Source: Octopus bimaculoides | Taxonomy: Eukaryota | Length of the DNA: 49,683 nt | Direction: 5' to 3' | Assembly: GCF_001194135.2 (NCBI RefSeq) | Contig: NC_068981.1 | Span: 183,827,817 to 183,877,499 of the forward strand | Shown here: positions 1-49,683 of the stretch, in pieces | Position numbering within the stretch: the first letter of the stretch is position 1 | Layout: each line of letters opens with the position of its first letter | The notes under the pieces: model-generated | Told to the model about the DNA's origin: nothing | The model's input: the letters and a program-made list of their open reading frames with translations, nothing else | Database searches by the model: none | Program-made: the position numbers and the translations under genes

Positions 1-199
1 TCTCTCTCCTTCTCATTCTCTTTTGCTGATCCCTAATGGTTTATTATATGAAGTAAGAATTATCTCCCCTCCTTAAAGTAATGTGTAGATGGAGTTATTT
101 CCCTTTACATATATTTTTCACTGACTTTGTTTTTCTGTTTGTGGATACAGAATGCAGAAAGATGATTAAAATATAATAATACAATTGTATCATGGAAGA

Positions 200-336
200 T
201 GTTTATAAACCATTTAGAAACACACAAAAACCGTTAGATTCACTTCAACATTTAAATTTAATTTGCCTGACAAATTAAATTTAAACGTTAAAGTGAATCT
301 AACGGTTTTTGTGTGTTTCTAAATGGCTTATAAACA
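200..336. mobile_element. Foldback (palindromic) MITE-like element
   Basis: Arms gtttataaaccatttagaaacacacaaaaaccgttagattcac...aatttg and caaatt...gtgaatctaacggtttttgtgtgtttctaaatggcttataaac around a 5-nt loop (cctga); few mismatches. Confidence 0.7.
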
Positions 337-1868
337 CCTTCCACGCTGCAATTGTTTTTGCTTCAGCACACGATCTCAGATCAAGTCATCTCTGTAAATA
401 TAATAAGAAGAAAAAGAAGAAAATTACACATAAGGGTCAATTAATGAAATTCTATATTATGCTGAGACGAGACACTATTAGTATTAGCTCGGTGTCCTTT
501 ATTGTTCTGTAAACTCAAAATGTACTGTTGGAGTAGACCTAAGATCGAAAGGATTCCGACTGTCTCACAACCCAAGCTTTAGGGTATGATTTAAGAGAGC
601 TTTCGCTGTTGTTTCAAGTTGCTCGAACGACACCGTAGAATCTCTTTCATTGACTCTTTATGTGTATTTAGCAGAATCGTTAGACCGTAAGACTGTCTTT
701 CTTTCAGTATTTGTTCCAACTCTTTACATTATGGGTTCAAATTCCGCTGAGGTCAACATCCAACACTATCATCATCATCCCTAGACATTATTGCCTCGAG
801 TTTTAGGCCATAGGACCAATTATCTAGTGTCCGAGATCATATCATCTACATCGACCCCCACCTGAATGGGACACTAATCTGTCGTAGAGTGTACCCATCT
901 ACAGCAGAGTGAACTGCAGTAACGTGAAAGGAAGCATTTTGTTCAAGAACACAACGTACCGCTCAGTACGGGAATTGAAACTACAATGCTACGATCGTGA
1001 ATACAATATCGTGACCAATGTCGTATATAGGTATAGGCAAAGTGGGTAGTTGCGCAGGGGCCTCACAGATCCAAGGGCCCAATTATGATCTATGTTTGCT
1101 GTGGTTTACCGTCAATAAATAACACTACAGGGACCGGTGCATCGGTTTGTCCGGGAGCCTAAAATGGTGCTAGGTCGGCCTTGATCTTAATCGCTTGGCC
1201 ACGCGCCTGCACTTTTCATCCTTTCGAGAATGATAAAACAAAGCACCAGTCAAGTACCATGTGGGGGATATATTTCACTAACCCCGCACCCCGGATTTCT
1301 AGACATTCATTAAGTGTTGTGGTGTGGGCGGTAGATTGGCAGAATCGTTAGACCGTTGGACAAAATATCTTGATGTTCAAATGCTATGGGAGTCAACTTT
1401 GATTTTCTTCCTATCAGAGTTGATGAAATAGAGTACCAGTCAAGTACTGGGATTAATTTGAACGACTAACCTCTTCCTTCAAATTGTTGACTAACCTCTT
1501 CCTTCAAATTTTATTAAGGGAAGCGAGCGCCGGACAAAATACCTTGTGGTGTTTAGTTGCGTCGCTTTATGTTTGAATTCCACCCACATTGAGTACCAAC
1601 TTTCTCTTCCTATCCTTCCAAGGGTTATAAAGCATTGATCACATATTTGTAGTCAGAGGTGTACTTTGCACGCCGGACAAAATATTTAGCGGCATTTCGT
1701 CCGTCTTCACGTTCTAAGTTCAAATCCCTCCGAGCTCAACTTTGCCTTTCATCTTTTCGGGGTCGATAAAATAAGTACCAGTTGAGCACTGGGATCGATG
1801 TAATCGACTTACCCCTCTCCCAAAATTGCTGGCCTTGTGCCAAAAATTTAAATCAATTTTACTGTATA

Positions 1869-2082
1869 CAGTAACCCCTCGACTATCGCGGGTGCTACGT
1901 TCCAAAACCCGCCGCGATAGGTGAAAATCCGCGAAGTAGAAATAATACTGAACTGTATTTTTATTTATATTATTTGTATATATTGATTTTGTTATAAATG
2001 CAAAACAACACCACGGAGGAACCGACGTAAGCTTAAATAATAACCCGCGATAGGTGAGCCGTGATAGAGCGAGGTATTACTG
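1869..2082. mobile_element. pogo/Tigger-like MITE
   Basis: ta|CAGTAACCCCTCG...CGAGGTATTACTG|tt; CAGT termini and a TA-like target; partial second copy near 7770-7840. Confidence 0.65.
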
Positions 2083-2700
2083 TTTAAACCACATTGTTTT
2101 ATAAAAACTGGGTGTCAATTTTATTTATACAGACACAGTAATCAGCAACAGTGTAATATAAAGCCGGCGTAAATGTTAACACAATATTATCTCAATGACC
2201 CCGAAGGTGAAATCAACCTAAATTTAATTATACCAAACCAGCAGAAGGAAGGGGGAAAACTAAGAGCAATCCAAACTAGGTGCCTGGACAAATACTCCAG
2301 TCTTACACTCGGACCCACAACAAGATCAGCAATTTGAAGAAAAGTGTTAGCTGATTAAATCGACTCCAGTACTTAACTAGTACTTTATTTTATCGACTCT
2401 GAAAGGATGAAAGACAAATCTGACTTCGGAGGGATTAGAACGCAGACCATAAAGAGCTAAGAATATATACCACAAGGCATTTTGTCCTACGGGCTAACGA
2501 TTCAGTCAGTATCTTAGTTGAGAAAGAATAACGTATTTTTGTTTATATTCATAATTCTTCTGCTTCGGTGTGAATCAGTTCATATTTCTTTTGTGACACG
2601 AAACTTACCTTTCGCCCAAATAGTTTGTACCTAAGTCATCCAGCGCTCTGATCCGGTTTACAAGTAAGTGCAGTATTTGATTGTCACTTGTTAAAGCGAC

Positions 2701-43084
<40,384 letters not shown>

Positions 43085-43139
43085 GTGAGTAGAGATGTAC
43101 CTTAGAGGTTTTATATCAACTAAATATGTCAGGGGATCG

Positions 43140-43180
<41 letters not shown>

Positions 43181-43719
43181 TCTTAACATCTATCTTCCCT
43201 GCTGGCATGGGTTTTGCTAAGATCCGACAGGTCTGAGGACTTTGTTATGCGCCAATGTCTGCCTTGACATGGTTTTTGTGGTTGGATGATCTTTCTAATG
43301 CCAACCAATTTATAGAATGTACTGAGAGCTTTTCTCATGGCACCACAACTAGTGAGGTCATCATGTGGCTCACAAGACTAAGATCCCCTTTGACTGAGAG
43401 GAACGACAATAGAGAGAGAGAGAGGGGAAGCTTTTTGATAGGTGATGAGAGACAGGAAGTTGGTAAGGGAAGTAACTAAATATCACAAGTATTTTGTCCG
43501 GGAGTTTAATGGTTCTGTCAATCCCGATGGTCATTTGAACTGGGGCTGTTCATTTACAGATCCTTACCATCTCTATTGAAATGTATTCATTGATATTCAA
43601 ACACACTGGATCAGATACATCATTTTTGGAGCACATACATCTCCAGTTGAACACTTGTGTCACTAGTGGAGTAATTGAGGTCACTATTGGTAGAGATACA
43701 TCATTATTGGACCATATGA

Positions 43720-44640
43720 ATAACTGAACACATACATGCCTATTTGAACAAATACATGAATATTTGAACACATACATGCCTATTTAAACACATACATGCC
43801 TATTTGAACACATACATAACTATTTGAACACATACATAACTATTTGAACACATACTTACCTATTTGAGCACATACATGTGTCTTTGAACACATACATGCC
43901 TATTTGAACACATACATGCTAATATGAATACATACATAACTATTTGAACATATACATGCCTATTTGAACATATACATGCTTATTTGAACACATACATGCC
44001 TATTTGAACACATACATAACTATTTGAACACATACATGCCTATTTGAACACATATATGCCTATTTGAACANNNNNNNNNNACATGCCTATTTGAATACAT
44101 ACATAACTATTTGAACATATCATCATCATCATCATCATCATCGTTTAATTTCCGCTTTCCATGCTAGCATGGGTTGGACGATTTGACTGAGGACTGGTGA
44201 AACCGGATGGCAACACCAGGCTCCAGTCTAATTTGGCAGAGTTTCTACAGCTGGATGCCCTTCCTAACGCCAACCACTCAGAGAGTGTAGTGGGTGCTTT
44301 TACGTGTCACCCGCACGAAAACGGCCACGCTCGAAATGGTGTCTTTTATGTGCCACCCGCACATTTCAATACATACATACCTATTTGAACACATACATGC
44401 CTATTTGAACGCATACATGCCTATTTGAACACATACATATCTATATGAACACATACATGTCAATTTGAACACATACATACCTATTTGAACATATACATGC
44501 CTATTTTAACACATACATAACTATCTGATTACATACATAACTATTTCAACATATACATAACTATTTGAACACATACATAACTATTTGAACACATAACTAT
44601 TTCAACACATAACTATTTCAACACATACATGCCTATTGCA
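43720..44640. repeat. 20-bp minisatellite (catacatgcctatttgaaca) interrupted by a LINE 3' fragment
   Basis: Tandem units on both sides of the 44121-44361 insertion. Confidence 0.9.
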
Positions 44641-45009
44641 ATACATACATCAATACTGGACCACATATGTGTCTAATGGAACACCTATATTCCAATTGAA
44701 CACCTACGTCACTACTGGAATATAGTTGGTCACATAAATACTATTGGATTATATTCAACACTGTTGGAATACATAAGTAAGAATTTGTATGTTACTTATG
44801 TAACTAATGGATTGCATATATGCCTATTGGAACACACATATCTCAATTGAATACCTATGTTACAACTGGAACATGTATGGTCAGTAATGCAACACATACA
44901 TAACTATATCACTACTAGAACACAGATATCCTGCTTGGAATACATGCGTCCCTATTGAAACATAGGGTGTTCCAGTAGCGATATATGTGTTCCAATATGA
45001 AGGCTTGTC

Positions 45010-45728
45010 GGATCTATTTCAAAACGGGAGCACCAGTTTTCATTTATGTTTTATGTAGTGTTTTTGGTACGGAAAGACTTTCAAACTTCGTATACTTATC
45101 TATTTTGTGTTATAGAACAGAAAAAAAATTTTGTATTCGAATTTATTTCATGTAAAAAATTGTCTTATTTCGATAATTTCTACTAATCACTGACATCTAT
45201 TCAGTTGAAAACAGTTAGCGCTGTAACGGTGTATATCGTGTTAATCCCCTAACCCTAACCCTAACCCNNNNNNNNNNNNNNNNNNNNNNNNNNNNNNNNN
45301 NNNNNNNNNNNNNNNNNNNNNNNNNNNNNNNNNNNNNNNNNNNNNNNNNNNNNNNNNNNNNNNNNNNNNNNNNNNNNNNNNNNNNNCTAAAATTGTTACA
45401 CACATAGATACGCACAGCGTAATTTATTATATAAACAATATATGCGTATAAATTACGATTAAACCGGATGAAATATGTCACAGGGAATAACATTTTTATG
45501 ACCGCCCAGCAGTAACTCTATTGAGCTGAATAGACGTCAGTCATTGGTTGAAATTACAGAAATACAACAACTTTAACATGGAATAACTTGCGATGTACGT
45601 TTTTTTGTTAAGAAGACTAAGAGTAAAAGATGTTTTATATGACACATTCTACCAGTGTCCCAAGTTTCAAAGTGTTTTGTTAGTGTTTTGTTAAGAAAAT
45701 ACTGGTGCCCCCGTTTTGAAATAGATCC
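45010..45728. mobile_element. GG-ended TIR element with 8-bp TSD (Merlin-like) carrying an internal (CCCTAA)n tract
   Basis: TSD ggcttgtc (45002-45009 and 45729-45736); TIR ggatctatttcaaaacgggagcaccagt / actggtgcccccgttttgaaatagatcc; (ccctaa)n from 45247 runs into N-gap 45268-45386. Confidence 0.8.
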
Positions 45729-46644
45729 GGCTTGTCTCCCTCTAGAGATCTATGAGCTGCAATGGTAACAGCAATGTATGTGAGCAACTCTCACCAGTAT
45801 TAGGGTTACACAACACATAGTTTCCTCCCTCATAACACCTTTTAAAGTCAGCTTCTGGTAGCTATTTTCTTATTTCTTTATTGTCCACAAGGGGCTAAAC
45901 ATAGAGGGGACAGACAAAGAGATTAAGTCGATTATATCGACCCCAGTGCGTAACTGGTACTTAATTTATTGACCCCGAAAGGATGAAAACCAAAGTCGAC
46001 CTCGGCGGAATTTGAACTCCGAACATAATGGCAGACGAAGTACCGCTAAGCATTTCGCTCGGTGTGCTAACGTTTCTGCCAGCTCGCCTCTGATAGCTAT
46101 TTTCTGGCAGCACACATCCTCTATCTCTTATATGAATGCCAAGGACTTGAGACGTTAGATCAGACATAAGCAGCTTTTTTCCCAGAAGCTAGTTGCATGA
46201 AACATGACTCATCATAAGGTGAATTAAATTACTAAAAATTCTAAGGTCATTTTTCATTAAGCATGCTATTCAGGAAGTCCCATGGGCTGCAGTTTACCCA
46301 TGACTGTATTAGATATTCCATTCTTTACTTCAATTAAACTGATCAATTCTTCTAGAACTCTCTTCTGTATATTAAATCATTGCCAACAGAAAACTTCAAC
46401 AGTTACTTCAAATTCCAGATTTGATCTTATCAACAGTAAAGTATTTCTATTGCACTTAGTTACAAATAAAACATTTCTTAATGTTGAGATAAAATAAATT
46501 AATTATCCCATACAGTGATTGCAGGCCTATGACGTACATGTTAGTAGTGACATGCTGTGGGGTTTTAGGCAACATACAAAAAAAAATATCCCTACAATAT
46601 CATTATATATATCTTATCTATAAGCACTTACCTAAAACTAAAAT

Positions 46645-46858
46645 AGATACTCTTTTACTCTTTTACTTGGTTCAGTCATTTGACTGCGGCCATGCTGGAG
46701 CACCGCCTTTAGTCAAGCAAATCAACCCCAGGACTTATTCTTTGGAAGCCTAGTACTTATTCTATCAGTCTCTTTTGCCGAACCGCTAAGTTACGGGGAT
46801 GTAAACACACCACCATCGATTGTCAAGCGATGTTGGGGGGACAAACACAGACACACAA

Positions 46859-46889
<31 letters not shown>

Positions 46890-47060
46890 CATATATACGA
46901 CGGGCTTCTTTCAGTTTCCGTCTACCAAATCCACTCACAAGGCTTTGGTCGGCCCGAGTCTATAGTAGAAGACACTTGCCCAAGGTGCCACGCAGTGGGA
47001 CTGAACTCGGAACCATGTGGTTGGTAAGCAAGCTACTTATCACACAGCCAGTCCTGCGCC
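46645..47060 (-). mobile_element. tRNA-derived SINE, family C, with central (TA)/(CA) microsatellite
   Basis: Minus-strand head ggcgcaggactggctgtgtgataagtagc...ggttccgagttcagtccc, tail ...ggcggtgctccagcatggccgcagtcaaatgactg. Copies (approximate): 6683-7068-, 6130-6510+, 38410-38790+, 40250-40480+, 40786-41110+, plus half copies at 10750-10900-, 34730-34950+, 38150-38290-, 42655-42810- and 48320-48500+. Confidence 0.8.
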
Positions 47061-47364
47061 TATATACTTTATATATAAGTGACATTCCCATAACAGAATT
47101 AATTTTAAAAAATTTTAATTTGACACATTTACCATCATCAATCTAATTTTTATTCTCTCTCTCTCAAGAATTTAAATTGGGACAATCTTTCTTTCCAGAA
47201 ATTTCCTGACTCCCCAAGGGTTCATCCTCAAAATACAAATCCTTCTTCTGCTAGAACCTGGTATGGTATCATTTTTTTCTATTCTAGTAATCTAGTTGAT
47301 ATGTCATTTAATGAAACATTCTTTATACCTCTTATTTATTTACTACTACTACTACTACTACTAC

Positions 47365-47427
<63 letters not shown>

Positions 47428-47557
47428 CATTATCATTATTATTATTATTAATATTATTATTATTATATCATTATTATTATTATTATTATTATTAGTATTA
47501 TCATTATTATTATTAGTAGTAGTAGTATTAGTATTATCATCATCATCATTATTATTA

Positions 47558-47600
<43 letters not shown>

Positions 47601-47768
47601 GGTGGTAAGCTGGCAGAATCGTTAGCATGCTGGATGAAATGATTAGTGGTATTTTGTGCTTGTCGTTATGTTCTCGGTTCAAATTCTGCCAAGGTCGACT
47701 TTACCTTTCATCAATTTTGGAGTTGATAAATTAAGTCCTAGTGAAACACTGGGGTCAATGTAATACAT

Positions 47769-47946
47769 ATATAATAGGGATAACCACTAAGTGGACATCC
47801 ATTATGCTAGAAGAAAATCACCTACGATCTGACCACTATAGATTGTTCTCAAGAAAATTTTCTTGAGAACAATCTTTAGTGGTCAGATTGTAGATGATCT
47901 TCTTCTAGCATAATGGATGTCCACTTAGTGGTTATCCCTATTATAT
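47769..47946. repeat. Spacerless near-perfect palindrome (178 bp)
   Basis: Centre ...caagaaaa|ttttcttg... at 47857/47858; arms differ at about 4 positions. Confidence 0.85.
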
Positions 47947-48049
47947 GTATGTAATATAATTTTTTTTGAATCTTCAGATTTTTTCAATATGCTAGGCCAC
48001 TAGTTTTAAATTGATATTAATCAAATTAATATTCAATTTGTTACCCTTT

Positions 48050-48316
48050 GGCTCCTGTGCAGGTGACACGTAAAATACACCATTTTGAGCATGGCCGTTG
48101 CCAGTACCACCTGGTTAGCCTTCGTGCCGGTGGCACGTAAAAGCACCCACTACACTCTCGGAGTGGTTGGCGTTAGGAAGGGCATCCAGCTGTAGAAACT
48201 CTGCCAAATTAGATTGGAGCCTGGTGCAGCCATCTGGTTCACCAGTCCTTAGTCAAATTGTCCAACCCATGCTAGCATGGAAGGCGGATGTTAAACGATG
48301 ATGATGATGATGATGA
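48050..48316 (+). mobile_element. Short 3'-UTR copy of the RTE-like LINE (or a SINE sharing its tail) ending in (GAT)n
   Basis: gcacccactacactctcggagtggttggcgttaggaagggcatccagctgtagaaac...ccaacccatgctagcatggaa...gttaaacgatgatgat. Copies (approximate): 13900-14115+, 33405-33740+, 34560-34720+, 35380-35675+, 36160-36400-, 37061-37375-, 41963-42200-, 43140-43390-, 44121-44361-, 48590-48770+. Confidence 0.8.
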
Positions 48317-49491
48317 TATGTGTGTGTTTGGCCTCCAACATCGCTTGACAACCAATGCTGATGTACTTAGGTCCCCGTAGCTTAGCAGTTCGGCAAAAGA
48401 GACCAATGGAATAAGTACTAGGCTTACAAAGAACAAGTCCTGGGGTCGATTTCTTCGATTAAAGGCGGTGCTCCAGCATGGCCGTAGTCATGTAAAAGTA
48501 AAAGTAAGTGCCAGTTCCAGGTTCAAAGCATCTGGAACTGGTGTCATGTGATAGCATTGGTGTCATGTGATAGCATTGGTGCCAATGCCAAATAAAAAGC
48601 ACTGATGACACTTTGTAAAGCAGTTAGCATTAGGGAGGACATCCAGGTGGCAGGAACCAAGCCAAAGCAGACTACTGGAGTCTGCTGCAGGTCTGCAGCT
48701 GGCCAGCTCCTATCAAACCATCCGACCCATGTCTGCAGGGAGAATAGATGTTAAATGATGATGACGACAGTGATGATTTTGACAAGGAGGAGGAGTTCGT
48801 AATCTTTCGTCAATTTATTTCTTCAAGTGTTTTTAGATTTCAAAGGTAATTTATTTTAAGTGAATAAATGTCACATGTATTTATCTTTCCAGTTAAACCT
48901 AAATAAAAGATATGAGAGAAAAAGAAAAAAAAGAGTTAAACCTTGAGTTAAACTTGAGTATCTGATGAGTGATGAACCAACCGGAATTGAATCCATTTGT
49001 GACAACCACCAGGAATTATATGACTTGTGTATCGTGAGTCAACAGAGAAGGGAATACATGGTCATTCAAGCTGATAGAAATAGTCCTCAAATCTCCCTCA
49101 AATTACACCTTACATTTTTGAAAATGTAGAACACTTTGGCGAATGTAGTCCTAGATATAACTGGAACACATTATAGGTTTGCTCTGAAAGACCTGACTTG
49201 GAATTACAACCATAACAACAACAACAATAGCAAACATAACCTGGATATCACATGGTTATCCTAAATACAAAGCGTGATATCTGTTCTCAGTTTTATTGAT
49301 CTCTAATATATAAAATAGAGATGTGTGTGTATTCGCTTATCACGTGAAAACGGCTTCACCATTTACTTCCATACTTGTGATGCATGAATAATTTGACCTC
49401 GGATAAATGTTAGGCTCTTCATTTGATTTTTTTATTAAAAATAAATAATATTGCTTTATATTTATGATTCACTTCTTTAAAAAGGTTCCTC

Positions 49492-49608
49492 AATGTCACC
49501 TTCCGGTATTGACGTAACAACGGCAATAAGCTTCACTCTCTATTTGGACGTTTTTGTACCAAATGCTTACATACTTGTGATGAAATGTCAACTTCCGGTA
49601 TTGACGTA
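49492..49608. promoter_or_regulatory. Duplicated 25-bp motif containing ETS-like (CTTCCGG) and CRE-like (TGACGT) cores; possible promoter
   Basis: aatgtcaccttccggtattgacgta (49492-49516) and aatgtcaacttccggtattgacgta (49584-49608). Confidence 0.35.
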
Positions 49609-49683
49609 GCGTGCATGTAGTATTTACTCTCTCTCTCTCTCTTTCATACACACGCACACACACACACACTCACACAAAAAGAT

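Noticed and set aside
1020-1210. GC-richer fragment resembling a MITE end; similar one-ended fragments at about 4620-4736 and 33160-33230
   Set aside because: No matching second terminus or TSD was found, so they cannot be classified.
43561-43728. Open frame of about 55 codons after catttacag
   Set aside because: It lies in the degenerate flank of the 20-bp minisatellite and has no protein-like signal; probably chance.
43720-44640. Regular short repeats superficially like a CRISPR array (also 22356-22860 and 11158-11280)
   Set aside because: Head-to-tail units without unique spacers, no cas genes, and a eukaryotic context.
45247-45386. Chromosome end or telomere
   Set aside because: The tract is internal and enclosed by TIRs and a TSD; treated as part of a mobile element.
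47978-48946. Candidate terminal exons in phase 0: 47978 (IFSIC*), 48787 (EEEFVIFRQFISSSVFRFQR*) and 48893 (LNLNKRYERKRKKRVKP*)
   Set aside because: All are compatible with exon 14, but none can be preferred without transcript or homology data, so none is called.

Overview
Eukaryotic, AT-rich, repeat-dense genomic DNA with 10 N-gaps. The SINE families, RTE-type LINE tails ending in (GAT)n and microsatellite load resemble an octopus (coleoid cephalopod) genome; this is an inference from recalled repeat families. Almost all ORFs in the supplied track are microsatellite or gap artefacts. By hand I could chain 14 plus-strand exons (2701 to 43084) through canonical GT-AG sites with fully consistent phases into one stop-free 533-codon frame; the terminal exon is unresolved. 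The protein looks like a divergent TBC/Rab-GAP-fold protein lacking the catalytic Arg and Gln fingers, followed by a coiled coil. The introns hold: an RTE-like LINE fragment with an intact PHD-type finger inside its RT region; an internally deleted mariner keeping an open DNA-binding ORF; two GG-ended, 8-bp-TSD (Merlin-like) TIR elements, one carrying a (CCCTAA)n tract; hAT-, pogo-, Tc1/mariner- and piggyBac-like MITEs; three foldback palindromes; many tRNA-derived SINEs; and mini- and microsatellites. There are no rRNA genes, true tRNA genes or CRISPR arrays. I found no convincing wholly new multi-gene system; the best leads are the putative pseudo-RabGAP gene and the unusual transposon architectures.
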